A DNA stretch of 64,000 nt from Candidatus Latescibacterota bacterium (GCA_965242865.1 CBDETK010000013.1:1728001-1792000); one strand, 5' to 3'; counted from the stretch's first letter, positions 37,347-53,258 are shown. The notes: a model not told the origin generated them from the sequence alone. Made by a program: numbers and translations.

Positions 37347-39913
37347 GGCGCGACTGACTGGCGGAGGATGCGCTCGGCCTCGACCAACTCCGGCCGCGCG
37401 CCGTATTGCTCTTTGTACTGCTGGAGAATGGCCAAGGCCCCGGGCACATCGCCTTGGCCTTGGCGGGCGACGGCCAACTCGTAGTAGCCCTCCCAGCGGG
37501 TCGGCGCCAGGGCGATGGCTCGGTGATACAGGCCCTCGGCGCGGTCATAGGCCAAATAGGGTTCTTGGGTCAGCAAGCCGATCAGCGCGACGATGTTGTC
37601 GTAGGTGGCGGCCGGCTCCGTGCCCACGCGCTCAATGAGGACCCGAGCGGCCTCGTAGATGTGCTCGGTCGCTATGTCGTGTTGGCCGAGCTCGCTGAAG
37701 TAATCGGCCGCCGCATAGTGGTTTTCCCAGCTCAGGTAGATGTTGTCCCGCGCCCACTCCATGAGCAGGGGCACCTCGGCTCTGCGCCCCTGCTCCTCGT
37801 AGCTGCGGGCCAGTTGCAAGGCGCAAGCCCAGTAGTTGCCCAAGAGGCGCTCGGAGTTTTCGTCCTTGTACAAGGATGGGTCGTTGAGGCCGCGGAAGCG
37901 GTATTTTTCGAGCAAATTGCGCTCTAGGGCCTCGGCATCTACCCCGTCTGTGGGCTCGGGCGAGACCTTTACGCTCATGCCGACCATCGTCAGGTGCGGG
38001 TCGAGGTTGAGCAGGTTGCTGGCGGGCACGGTGATGGCAAAGTGAATGGGTTTTTTCCACTCGTTCCAAGCCAGAATTTTGATGACCATGACGTCTTGGA
38101 CGCGGAGGATTGGGAACTCGGGCGCAGTGGTCACCTCCACGTCAATGCCCAGTTTCTTGAACTCCGGCGGCACCTTGGGGTCGGGCCAGTACCGCTTGTA
38201 TAGATCGACCATCTGCGTGTCCGTGAGCACGGAGTCGATGAAGTCGTCGGTGTAGCGGATGTCGATGCGCGGCTCGCGGTCGCGCAGTTGCTTGATGTAC
38301 CAGTTGGTGTTCAACAAGCTCAAGTTGACTACCCGCACATCGCGGCGCACCCCTTCCACCTCCTGCAAAAACCACAGCGGAAACGTGTCGTTGTCGCCAT
38401 TGGTGAACAGGACGGAGCCTTCCTCGCAGCCCGTCAGCATGTTGTGCGCGTAATCGTAGGCAATAAAGTCGCCCGTGCGGTCTTCTATGTGATAGAGCCG
38501 CGCGGCCACCCCGGCCGGCAGCAACAACCCGGCCGCGGCCACCGCCATGACGACCGCCCGCCGCTGCCCCCACTGCTGCCGCACCGCTTCCACCACGCCC
38601 AGCCAGCCCAACCCCATCCACAGCGCGAACGCCAAGTACATGCCCCCAAACACATAGTGCCGCTCGCGCGGCTGCGGGTCTGGCATGTTCAGGTAGAGCG
38701 ACAGCCCAAACCCCATCACCAAGAACAGCACCAACACGCCTCCGAACCGCCGCCAGTCCTGCCGCCCGTGCCACAACAGCCCCCACAGCCCCAACAAGTA
38801 CGGCACCAGCGAAATGGCTACCCGATCCGGCAGGTTGATGGTGGCCTTGCGGAACTCTACGCTGCGCTCCAGCAGCGGAAAGGGAAACTGCTGAAAAAAG
38901 TATTTCATCTGCTGGTCCCAAAACTGATAGGTGCGGCTCGCCCGCGCCGTCAGCATGGTCGTCAGCATGCTCTCGGTGCCGTATTGCTCGCGATTGAGAA
39001 ACTTGAGAAACGCCGACCACGTTTCAGGATCGTTTTCGTCGATGGCCGGATTCAGGCCGGAGCGAATGTACAGCGCGCCGTACGTGGAATAGCCCAGCGC
39101 GAACAGCACGAGGACGCCCAGCAGCAGGACGAACAGCCGGCGGTCGCGACCGTATAGGTATGCCAGCAACCCGACCAACCCCAGCCCCATCACCCCATTC
39201 GACTGCGCCCCCGGCCCCAATACCACCAACCCCAGGCCGCTGACCGCGCCCCAGGCGAGCAACAGCACGATGAGTTGCCGCAACTCGCGGTCGGCAAACC
39301 ACGCCAGCAGCATGAGCGATGGAATGGTCAACAGGCACAACAGGTGCAAGCCGCCGCCGAGACCGAACAAATACGCCAGCACCAACAGCCAGCGGTCGTT
39401 GGCGGCCCCGGCCCCGCTGCCTTCCCAGTAGAGAATCAGCCACAGCCCCAGACACGTGAACAAGATGGAGTACCCATAGACCTCGGCTTCGGAGGCATTG
39501 TACCACTGGGTATAGGAAAAGGCCAGCGTCAGCGCGGCCACGGCCCCACCGGCGAGGACGCCGATGTCGCGGATGTCGCCGAGCGGTTGCAAGGGCTGGC
39601 CGCCCAAGGCCCGCCGCCCCAGCGCGACGGTCGACAAATAGACGCACCAAATCGCCAGCGCAGAGGTCAGGGCGGACATGAAGTTGACGCGGATGGCCAC
39701 CTCGCCGATGGGGAACAACGTAAAGACTCGCCCCAGCAGCACGTACAACGGAGCGCCCGGAGGATGGGGCACGCCGAGGATGTAGGATGTGGCGATGAAC
39801 TCGCCGCAGTCCCAAAACGACACGGTGGGCGCGAGGGTTTTCACGTACATCCCCAAGGTCAGCACGAAAATCCCCACCCCGAACACTCGGTGGATTACAG
39901 CGGAATTAGGCAT
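37343..39913 (-). CDS. DUF2723 membrane protein (TMEM260/GT-C-like) with C-terminal TPRs
   Basis: APTVSFWDCGEF..GVPHPPGAP, EAEVY, FTNGDNDTFPLW, VVNLSLLNTNWY. Confidence 0.9.
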   Translation of the reverse strand: MPNSAVIHRVFGVGIFVLTLGMYVKTLAPTVSFWDCGEFIATSYILGVPHPPGAPLYVLLGRVFTLFPIGEVAIRVNFMSALTSALAIWCVYLSTVALGRRALGGQPLQPLGDIRDIGVLAGGAVAALTLAFSYTQWYNASEAEVYGYSILFTCLGLWLILYWEGSGAGAANDRWLLVLAYLFGLGGGLHLLCLLTIPSLMLLAWFADRELRQLIVLLLAWGAVSGLGLVVLGPGAQSNGVMGLGLVGLLAYLYGRDRRLFVLLLGVLVLFALGYSTYGALYIRSGLNPAIDENDPETWSAFLKFLNREQYGTESMLTTMLTARASRTYQFWDQQMKYFFQQFPFPLLERSVEFRKATINLPDRVAISLVPYLLGLWGLLWHGRQDWRRFGGVLVLFLVMGFGLSLYLNMPDPQPRERHYVFGGMYLAFALWMGLGWLGVVEAVRQQWGQRRAVVMAVAAAGLLLPAGVAARLYHIEDRTGDFIAYDYAHNMLTGCEEGSVLFTNGDNDTFPLWFLQEVEGVRRDVRVVNLSLLNTNWYIKQLRDREPRIDIRYTDDFIDSVLTDTQMVDLYKRYWPDPKVPPEFKKLGIDVEVTTAPEFPILRVQDVMVIKILAWNEWKKPIHFAITVPASNLLNLDPHLTMVGMSVKVSPEPTDGVDAEALERNLLEKYRFRGLNDPSLYKDENSERLLGNYWACALQLARSYEEQGRRAEVPLLMEWARDNIYLSWENHYAAADYFSELGQHDIATEHIYEAARVLIERVGTEPAATYDNIVALIGLLTQEPYLAYDRAEGLYHRAIALAPTRWEGYYELAVARQGQGDVPGALAILQQYKEQYGARPELVEAERILRQSVAP

Positions 39914-39981
39914 GGCATGGTCTTAGGTGAAGGCGCGGATGGAAATTCATTGTAATATAGGCAAAAAGGCCGGCGACCGTC

Positions 39982-40631
39982 CTAGCCCACCAGTTCGGCC
40001 GTGCCCCAAGTGCTCGGATCGCGCTCGACGCCCATGTCTGATATAGACGACCAAGATTGGGTGCCGTGCTGCACGTCGTGCAGCAGGTACGCAAATCCCA
40101 CTCGGCTGAACTCTCTGGGGGCAAAACCATTGAGGCCAGCGGCCGGCAGTTTGATCTCCAACTGATAGCTCCGCTTGAGCCGGCGCAGGCCGGTCTCAAT
40201 GGCGTCTTCCGGGCAGGGCGGGGCCTGTTCGCGGGCGTCTGCAATGGAGGTCTGGCGGGCGATGGGTTGCTTGCCCCCTTGGCCGCTGCCGCCGGGCAAG
40301 ACGTAAAACCGATGGCAAAAGCGGTTGGCGCGATGCTCCTTGACGTCGCGGGTGTCGATAAACAGCTCGAGGCTGTCGCCAGCCGCCGGTTGCAGCGGGT
40401 TGAGCTGGTAGGTCGTCTTGTTTTTGACCGCGCAGGCAACGTACAGGCCGCTGTCGTCGTAGGACATATAGACCGAGGCAAAGGGCTTGTGACCATCGAC
40501 CGCCATCAGGTCGGGCACACGCGCGTCGTCGCCCCAATCGCGCAAGTTGCCGTCGATTTTGGGCGGCTTGTGCCGCCGGGGGCAGCGAAAGGAAAACTCG
40601 AAAAAGGCGCGTTGGGGCAGGTGCAAACCGC

Positions 40632-40635
<4 letters not shown>
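39982..40635 (-). CDS. CBM9-like/DOMON sugar-binding domain protein
   Basis: PKIDGNLRDW..YDDSGLYVA..DSLELFIDTR..YQLEIKLP; ATGA overlap with uvrA. Confidence 0.75.
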
Positions 40636-46301
<5,666 letters not shown>

Positions 46302-46418
46302 GGCTTCGTGTAGCGCGAGGGGCGGGGAACGAAAACAAAGAATATACTATACGAATGTGCAGCGGGCAAGCGGTGGGGTGCGGAATGGGAACACCCCTGC
46401 TAGCCCTAGCAGACTCTG

Positions 46419-46447
46419 TTGACCGATTATAATATACAGCTTATAAT
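46419..46447 (+). promoter_or_regulatory. Sigma70 promoter with overlapping palindromic operator (TA autoregulation type)
   Basis: TTGACC-17 bp-TATAAT; palindrome ATTATAA(46426-46432)-N8-TTATAAT(46441-46447). Confidence 0.75.
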
Positions 46448-46454
46448 TTCAAGG

Positions 46455-46531
46455 ATGGAAATTCAAAAAAGACCGCGACCATTCCCGATAAGGATAGACG
46501 GCTTATCCTCAGAAAACTGAAGGAGGTTTGA
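46455..46531 (+). pseudogene. Collapsed RelE/HigB (Gp49-like) toxin remnant
   Basis: ATG GAA ATT start, then in another frame KKTATIPDKDRRLILRKLKEV*, which resembles the Gp49/RelE C-terminus; stop 2 bp before the XRE ATG. Confidence 0.55.
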
Positions 46532-46533
46532 AA

Positions 46534-46836
46534 ATGCCTTGGAAAAAGGTAAACATTGAGCAATGGGCAGAGGAACTCGGCGTCAACATCAACGAACTAC
46601 GCCAGAAAGAACAGCTCATCGAAAAGATCGTGGAGAGTAGAAAGCGGCTTGGCTTGACGCAAGGCCAATTGGCCGAGAGGGTCGGCGTCTCTCAACCGCG
46701 CATTGCCCAGATTGAAAATAGAACCAAGATCGGAAAGATCAGCTTCGATGTGCTTTTCAATATCCTCGGTGCCTTGGGGCATGATTTCGAAATCACTACG
46801 CGCCAGGTGCGCGATCTCGAAAATGCAAATGCGTAG
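46534..46836 (+). CDS. XRE-family HTH protein (antitoxin-like)
   Basis: RKRLGLTQGQLAERVGVSQPRIAQIEN; RBS AGGAGG. Confidence 0.88.
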   Translation: MPWKKVNIEQWAEELGVNINELRQKEQLIEKIVESRKRLGLTQGQLAERVGVSQPRIAQIENRTKIGKISFDVLFNILGALGHDFEITTRQVRDLENANA

Positions 46837-46861
46837 CCGCGTATGTTAGATTTAGTTCGTT

Positions 46862-47087
46862 CTAATCGTAGTCCGCGTCGTCGCTTGGAGGATTTTTGAG
46901 GTCAAGTTCGGCAGTCGAGTCTAGGAGACCGAGTAGTTCGGCAGTCGAGTCGAGGAACTTCTCATGGGTGAGGAACCACTCTGTCCCAGCACCGCGTTCT
47001 GAGTTCTTGAAGTGATCGGCGGCCTCCAAGTGGCTATGAATTTTCTTTTCGACTTCCGCTATGTTCATGCCGTTTGAGCAGGTCAGG
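46862..47087 (-). pseudogene. C-terminal fragment of a GIY-YIG/T5orf172-like domain protein, cut by IS630
   Basis: EVEKKIHSHL...GTEWF motif; 5' end abuts the IS terminal repeat. Confidence 0.55.
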
Positions 47088-48211
47088 TATAGCAATCCGA
47101 AATGCCTTGAAAGGTTAAGGTTTTCTTTTTATGTTGTCGTTTCGTTTTCTATCGTCCCTTTTTCAGGAGTGTTTTCAGATGGTTTCTGATCGTTCTTTAT
47201 CCGATTTTATCGCCAGCAACCCCGATGCCCGTGAACTCAAACGTACAGTCGCGGTTCAGAGGACCCTGTTGGGGGTCAAACAAGGTATGATTCAAGCGGT
47301 GCTCGGCGTTCCGTCGGGGTTCATCCGTACGTGGAAGAAGCGGTATCTGTCTGAGGGGGTCGAATGTTTGCGCTTAGGCTATAAAGGCTCGCTCTCCTAT
47401 TTGTCGGCCGCTCAGCGGGCGCAAATTACCCGCTGGTTAGCCACCCCATCGCCGCCCTCGGTGGCGTCGTTGGCCTCCTATATCCAAACACAGTTTGGCG
47501 TGGTGTATCGCTCCTCACAGCGTTATTACGCTCTGCTCTCGCAGGCGGGCTATCGTCGGAAGAAGCCCCACGCCCGTTCGCCCCAAGCCGACCCGCGTAA
47601 GGGGATCGCACGGCGCGCTGAGAGTAAAAAACTAGCCGCGTATATGCCAGATCTCCAAGCGGGGCGTCTGAGTGCCTTTTTTGTTGACGAGTCGCACCTA
47701 CCCTGGGGGGATGCTGGGGGCCGATCCGATCAACGGCTTAGGGTGTGCATGGACAACGCCCGTCAACGCCAGACCGATTATGGGGCCTTGGATGTCGTCA
47801 AGGGGACCTTCCTGATGCAAAGCGATCCCAAGGCCAATTCGCAGCATACAGTGGACTTTATACGCTATATACAACAGCGTCGTCCCGGTCAACGGTTATT
47901 GATTTTTTGGGATGGGGCTTCCTATCATCGTCAACAGGCCATGCGCACCGTTCTCGAAACGATACAAGCGGACTGCCCGCCGGTTCCATGGAAGATATGC
48001 TGTATGCGATTGGTCCTTATACACCACAAGAAAATCCGGTCGAAGATATTGGGTTAAAAGGGAAGACTTTTGTGCGTACCCATGCGTTGCGGACCACAAA
48101 CTTTGAACCGATCAAAGACCTCTTTGTCAAGGGAATTCGACGAAAAAATACTTCCAGTTCCCTAAATTAAAGCAATATATAACATCTCTTAAATAATTTA
48201 GAATTGCTATA
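47088..48211 (+). mobile_element. IS630-family insertion sequence
   Basis: Ends TATAGCAATCCGAAAT (47088-47103) and ATTTAGAATTGCTATA (48196-48211), TA dinucleotide at both ends. Confidence 0.88.
47177..48170 (+). pseudogene. IS630 transposase, degenerate (frameshifted near 48020)
   Basis: HTH part DARELKR..LRLGYKGS; FVDESHL, WDGASYH; the third catalytic motif PYTPQENPVEDI is in another frame. Confidence 0.85.
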
Positions 48212-48761
48212 TTAAAAAAAATATATGGTCGGCTAGCTCGACGAAGTCATGAGCCTGAGCAGCGAGTTCCTCCCCCTTAAACCCCTCAATACCTGGCGTA
48301 TCTACAATCCGTAACGTCTTTTGCTTCGGAGGCCAGAAGTACTGCTTGATCTGAGTCGTGGTGTGTTGTTTTCCAATTCCGATCGTCGTACCATCTCCTC
48401 CTGTGAGTGCTTCCAGTGTCGTACTCTTCCCCGCACGTGTTTGCCCGAATAGCGCGATAGTAACGAGCCCTCTGCTTTTTTGTAAGCCTTTAAGAGTACT
48501 GTCTAGGTCTTTACCTGCTTCATCGGTAAGACGAAGTAATATCTTCTTAGTTTTTTTTAGCTCTCCAGCAAACTCTTTGGCTGTCTCCTGCACAGTCTTG
48601 GATTTACTCTGTACCACGCCAGCCCCGATCTCTTCGACATCCTGTCGGTACTCGGCCAACACGTCGCGCAACGCACATACTCGAGGTGAGGCGGTACGCA
48701 TGGCGTGCTCAGCCGCTTCGCGGCATTGCAGAAGGTCCTTTTCCAGTCCGGCACCTTGCAT
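48207..48761 (-). pseudogene. N-terminal fragment of a dynamin-like/Era-type GTPase, truncated by IS630
   Basis: Coiled coil, then G1 GQTRAGKST, G2 HTT and G3 DTPG; stops at the IS end before G4. Confidence 0.75.
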
Positions 48762-49035
48762 GGGCTGATTTCTCTGATTGCCAGTGATCACAGTGCACTT
48801 GCGCCAGATCGTACGAGACTTGCCGACGCAACCAAAACTCGGCGTTGGACCAGCCTGCCTTCTCCAGCCGAATAGCCATCTCCGGCGAAATGGCCGCATG
48901 GCCATTCAGTACGCGCGAAAGCGTATGCCGAGCCACGCCCAACACCTTCGCCGCCTCGGTGACGTTCAGACCGAGCGGCTCCAAGCAATTCTCCTTGATG
49001 CTGTGCCCAGGATGCGGGGGCCTCTTCATCGCCAT
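48709..49035 (-). CDS. higA: HigA family addiction-module antitoxin (C-terminus probably fused to unrelated sequence)
   Basis: [57 protein letters not shown]. Confidence 0.85.
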   Translation of the reverse strand: MAMKRPPHPGHSIKENCLEPLGLNVTEAAKVLGVARHTLSRVLNGHAAISPEMAIRLEKAGWSNAEFWLRRQVSYDLAQVHCDHWQSEKSAHARCRTGKGPSAMPRSG

Positions 49036-49106
49036 GATTTCTGCCTCTTGCTAGTGGTGATTGGCCAAAGTGTACCGCGTTCCGGTACACCTGCCAACAA
49101 CGAGCC

Positions 49107-50201
49107 TCACAGCGGCATGTACTCCAGCCCAAAGACCCGCTCGACAAACCAACCCACCCCAAAAAGCCCAATCACGGCCGACACCGCCAAGACGACCGCA
49201 CGCTGATAAGGCCGCCGACTGAGCCAAGCAACCAACGGAAAGACCAGCGCGACAATACCCACTTGGCCGATTTCCACGCCGGCGTTGAACGCAAACAGCG
49301 AGGCGACCAGCCCGTGCGTGGGCAGCCCCAACTCGCGCAGCACATTGGCAAAGCCAAAGCCATGGACCAGCCCAAAGGCAAAGGTGATCATCCAGCGGTA
49401 ATCCGGGCGCTTGAGCCAGAAATTTTCCGCCGCCACGTACACGATGCTCAAGGCGATGGCCGCCTCGATCCACTCGCTCGGCAGGCGGACGATTTCGAGG
49501 GCCGCCAAGCAGAGGGTGATGCTGTGGGCCACGGTAAAGGCCGTGACGACCTTGACCAGACTGAGCAGCCGACCGCCGACCACAATCAGTGCCAACAGAA
49601 ACAGGACGTGGTCGTAGCCGAGGAAAATGTGCTCCACCCCGAGGACGGCAAATTCGTATAGCTGCTCCCACAGCGACTTTTGCCCGGCAAAGGTCTGCTG
49701 CGGCGACTCGGCCGAAAACACGGCTTGAACCAGCGGCTGCCCGGGCAACGCGATTTTGGCCAAGTTTTTGTGCGCGTCCCCAAAGCGCGCCGGCCAGCCG
49801 ATCCAGACCTCCAACGCGCCGACCCGGTCCTCCAACGCGGCGCTGAAGTACAGGTTGGCAAACATGTTCCCCTTGTTGTCCGGGGTGATGTCCCCGCTGC
49901 CGCGCACCAGAGCGAGCGGTTGGCCATCGGCCTTCAGCCGAATGTGCCCTTCGACAAAGGCGAATACGTCGTCGAGGCCGGCCTCCAGCTCTTCGTAGAA
50001 CAGCAGGCTGTCCCCGTCTTGATCAATGCCAATTTTTAAGAGATCGAAGTCGTCGAGGCGCACGCGCACGTTGAGCGCGGCGTCCTCGGCGATCAAATTC
50101 GTGTAACTGGTATTGAGCTTGTGGGCGCGAACCGGGGTGGGGGCGGCCAAAAACAGCAGAACGAGTGCGAGTGTGAGCAAAAAGCTAAGGCGTGTCTTCA
50201 T
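49107..50201 (-). CDS. HupE/UreJ family protein with N-terminal periplasmic domain
   Basis: AH signal end, LGVEHIFLGYDHVLFL, TAFTVAHSITL, FGLVHGFGFA, FNAGVEIGQ. Confidence 0.92.
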   Translation of the reverse strand: MKTRLSFLLTLALVLLFLAAPTPVRAHKLNTSYTNLIAEDAALNVRVRLDDFDLLKIGIDQDGDSLLFYEELEAGLDDVFAFVEGHIRLKADGQPLALVRGSGDITPDNKGNMFANLYFSAALEDRVGALEVWIGWPARFGDAHKNLAKIALPGQPLVQAVFSAESPQQTFAGQKSLWEQLYEFAVLGVEHIFLGYDHVLFLLALIVVGGRLLSLVKVVTAFTVAHSITLCLAALEIVRLPSEWIEAAIALSIVYVAAENFWLKRPDYRWMITFAFGLVHGFGFANVLRELGLPTHGLVASLFAFNAGVEIGQVGIVALVFPLVAWLSRRPYQRAVVLAVSAVIGLFGVGWFVERVFGLEYMPL

Positions 50202-50577
50202 GTTCCTTCTTTATTAAAGAGCGGATATAAGCGGCAATTTGCTGGCGATCCTCGGCCGAGAGATGCGGATAGCCCGGCATGGCTGTACCGGGCACGCCCT
50301 TCTCAATCGTCCGGGCAATGGCGGCCGCGCTGTGGCCATTTTGGTAAGCCGTGGGATCGCGGAAGTCGCGGGGGGGCGGCCGGAGCGTCGCCGCAACTTG
50401 GCCGTCGCCGCGCCCATCCGGGCCGTGGCACACCGCACACCCATTGCGGGTAAACAGGGCCTTACCGGCCGTGCTGTGGGCTTCGTCGCGCTCGCCGGCA
50501 CAGCCAGCCGCCAACGCCAACGCGACCAACGCCCAGCATCCTATCGCGGCCTTAACCAACGCGGCTTTGCAGTTCAA
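50185..50577 (-). CDS. Monoheme cytochrome c lipoprotein
   Basis: Lipobox AAGC, CAVCHG..GRGDG, PPRDF, GVPGTAMP. Confidence 0.9.
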   Translation of the reverse strand: MNCKAALVKAAIGCWALVALALAAGCAGERDEAHSTAGKALFTRNGCAVCHGPDGRGDGQVAATLRPPPRDFRDPTAYQNGHSAAAIARTIEKGVPGTAMPGYPHLSAEDRQQIAAYIRSLIKKEHEDTP

Positions 50578-51865
50578 AGCTAAAGGTCGTCCCTTCCCCT
50601 AACGTGCTCTGTACGCGCACCTGCTCGCCGTGGGCCTCGGCAATATGGCGCACAATGGACAAGCCCAAACCCGTGCCGCCGAGCGCGGCCGACCGCCCCT
50701 TATCCACTCGGTAGAAACGCTCGAAAATCCGGCCCAAGTCCTCAGAGGGGATGCCAATGCCGGTGTCTTGGACGTAAATCGTCAGGCGATCAGTGCCCTC
50801 TACGGGCCGCGTGCCAATGCGGACTTTGCCGCCGGCAGGCGTGTACTTGATGGCGTTGTCGAGCAGGTTGATGAGGGCTTGCTCGATCAACTTGGCGTCG
50901 CAGATCACCCTAACCGAGGGCGGAATGTCGCAGCGCAGGGCGATTTGCTTTTGCGCGGCCGCTTGGCCGACCGAACCAACGGACGCATCGATCAAGGGCT
51001 TTAGCAGGCAAGGGACCCGCTCGACTTCGAGTTGGTCCGACTCCAGCCGCGACAGGTCGAGCAAGTCGCCGAGCAGGTGGGTCAGGCGATCGGCGTGATT
51101 CTCAATGATGCCGGTGAAGCGGCGGGCTGTCGCCCGGTCGTCGAGCGCGCCGTCGGATAAAATCTCGGCATAGCCCTTAATGGCGGTCAACGGCGTACAC
51201 AGCTCGTGCGACACATTGGCCACAAAGTCGCGCCGCATCCGCTCTAGTTGGCGCAGGCGCGTAATGTCGTAGAGAACCGCGACCGCGCCGATGCACTCGT
51301 TCCCTTTGAGGATGGGCGCGACCTGCAGGTCCAAATGGCACTCTGGGACGCCGGTCAGCTCCACTTCCATTTCGCGGCTGCGCCCTTCGGCCAAACACTG
51401 AGCCAGCGCGTCTTGGATGGCCGCGTACCGCACGACCTCGCCGGTCAACAGCCCCTCCAGCGGCGGGTCTAAGTCAAACAGGTTGGCCAGCGCCTTGTTG
51501 GCCAGCACCACCCGGCTGTCGCGATCGACGACCAAGATGGCCTCGGTAATGCTTTCGAGGATGACCTCCAAGCGGCTCTTTTCGCCCTCTAGCCGCTGGA
51601 CGCGCTGTTGAATGCGCCCGGCGAGGTCGTCTAGGGCACTGGCCAACTCGGGATGGAAGCCTTCGCCCCAAGCCGCGTCCCCGAGTGCGGCGGCGTCGAG
51701 TTGGCGCAACCGCGCTCCCTGCCGACGGGCCGCGCGGCCCCAGAGCCAAATTTGGCCCCCAGTCCAGAGCGCGGTCAGCCCGAGCGCGAGCGCGAGGTTG
51801 GCACTCCAGCAGACGAGCGCGGCCAAGAGCGCGTTGCTCAGGAGCAACATCCACCCGAGCCGCAC
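50552..51865 (-). CDS. phoR: Phosphate regulon sensor histidine kinase
   Basis: PAS domain, RDFVANVSHEL, NLLDNAIKY, FERFYRVDKGRS, GGTGLGL; pho context. Confidence 0.9.
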   Translation of the reverse strand: MRLGWMLLLSNALLAALVCWSANLALALGLTALWTGGQIWLWGRAARRQGARLRQLDAAALGDAAWGEGFHPELASALDDLAGRIQQRVQRLEGEKSRLEVILESITEAILVVDRDSRVVLANKALANLFDLDPPLEGLLTGEVVRYAAIQDALAQCLAEGRSREMEVELTGVPECHLDLQVAPILKGNECIGAVAVLYDITRLRQLERMRRDFVANVSHELCTPLTAIKGYAEILSDGALDDRATARRFTGIIENHADRLTHLLGDLLDLSRLESDQLEVERVPCLLKPLIDASVGSVGQAAAQKQIALRCDIPPSVRVICDAKLIEQALINLLDNAIKYTPAGGKVRIGTRPVEGTDRLTIYVQDTGIGIPSEDLGRIFERFYRVDKGRSAALGGTGLGLSIVRHIAEAHGEQVRVQSTLGEGTTFSFELQSRVG

Positions 51866-51866
51866 C

Positions 51867-52559
51867 TTAGCGACCCTCCCGGCGAAAGCGATAGCCCATG
51901 CCGCGCACGGTCTCGACTAGCTCGGCGGCCGGCCCGAGCTTTTCCCGCAGGCGGCGGATGTGCGTATCCACCGTGCGGTGATACCCAATGTACTCGTACC
52001 CCCACACCACCTTGAGCAACTCCTCCCGCGACTGCACCCGCCCGCGCCGCTGCGCTAGGGTCGTCAAGAGCTTGAACTCGGTCGCCGTCAGCTCGACGGG
52101 ATCGCGGTCGAGTTGCACCTGACATCCCACGAGGTCAATGACCAAGGGCCCGGCCGCGATCTGGGCAGCGTCCGCTTCGTCGCCCCCCTCGATGCGGCGC
52201 AAGATGGCGCGGATGCGCAGCACGAGCTCGCGCGGAGAAAAGGGCTTGACCAAGTAATCGTCCGCGCCCAGTTCCAACCCGACGATGCGATCGACCTCTT
52301 CGGCCCGCGCCGTCAGCATCAAGATCGGGAGGTCCTTGGTGCGGGGTGTTTGCTTGAGGAGGCGGCAGACCTCCAAGCCGCTGATGCCCGGCAGCATCAA
52401 ATCCAAGACCACGAGGCCGACCTGCTCTCGCTCAATCGCACTCAGGGCCTGCTCGCCGTCCTCGGCCAGCGCGACCGCAAAACCGGATTGTTCTAGATGG
52501 TACGCGACCAATTCGAGGATGTCGGGCTCGTCCTCCACCACTAGAATTTTGTCGTTCAT
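51867..52559 (-). CDS. phoB: Phosphate regulon response regulator (OmpR family)
   Basis: VVEDE, LDLMLPG, GADDY..KPFS, RTVDTHIRRLREKL; between phoU and phoR. Confidence 0.9.
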   Translation of the reverse strand: MNDKILVVEDEPDILELVAYHLEQSGFAVALAEDGEQALSAIEREQVGLVVLDLMLPGISGLEVCRLLKQTPRTKDLPILMLTARAEEVDRIVGLELGADDYLVKPFSPRELVLRIRAILRRIEGGDEADAAQIAAGPLVIDLVGCQVQLDRDPVELTATEFKLLTTLAQRRGRVQSREELLKVVWGYEYIGYHRTVDTHIRRLREKLGPAAELVETVRGMGYRFRREGR

Positions 52560-53245
52560 GCGTCGCTTTCCTCCCACCAATTTTCCTTTTGGTGCCGCAC
52601 GATGCGCCCCTCCACGAGGAACACCACGTTCTCGGCGATGTTGGAAGCGTGATCGCCAATCCTTTCGAGGTGCCGCGACACCAAGATCAGATAGATGCCG
52701 CGGTCGATGGTGTCCGGCCCAATCGCCGGCGCGTGCATGTACGTCAGCAGCTCGCGAAAAATCTGGTCGCGCAACAAGTCGAGCGCGTCGTCGCGCCGAC
52801 CAACGGCGCGGGCCAGCTCCACATCGCGGCGCACGAACGCATCGAGAGCGTCCTTGACCATGCTTTGCGCCAATTCGGACATGCGCGGGATGTCGATCAG
52901 GGGCTTGAGCAGCGGCAGCTTGTTGAGCACTGCGGCGCGCTGGGCGATGTTGACGGCTTCGTCGTTGATCCGCTCTAGGTCTTCGTTGATTTTCAGGGTG
53001 CAGGCCAACAGCCGCAGGTCGCTGGCCATCGGCCCTTGGGTCGCAACCATCTTCAGGCAGGTCTCCTCCACGCCGATTTCCCAGTCGTCGATCTTCTTGC
53101 CGCCCTCAATCACGGTCTGCACGAGCGCGTCGTCGCGGTCCACGAGGGCGCGCACGGCCTGCTCAATGGACTCTTCAACGGCCCCGCCCATTTTTAATAA
53201 ATCCTGCTTGAGCTCGTCTAATTGGTGGTCGAATTTGCGTTCCAT
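52556..53245 (-). CDS. phoU: Phosphate signalling complex protein
   Basis: PMASDLR..DLERINDEAVNIA and LERIGDHASNIAE. Confidence 0.95.
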   Translation of the reverse strand: MERKFDHQLDELKQDLLKMGGAVEESIEQAVRALVDRDDALVQTVIEGGKKIDDWEIGVEETCLKMVATQGPMASDLRLLACTLKINEDLERINDEAVNIAQRAAVLNKLPLLKPLIDIPRMSELAQSMVKDALDAFVRRDVELARAVGRRDDALDLLRDQIFRELLTYMHAPAIGPDTIDRGIYLILVSRHLERIGDHASNIAENVVFLVEGRIVRHQKENWWEESDA

Positions 53246-53258
53246 AGTGCCTTTTGCC

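Noticed and set aside
46904-46952. 17-bp direct repeat AGTTCGGCAGTCGAGTC
   Set aside because: Small in-frame duplication (LDSTAEL twice) within a gene fragment; no evidence it is an att site.
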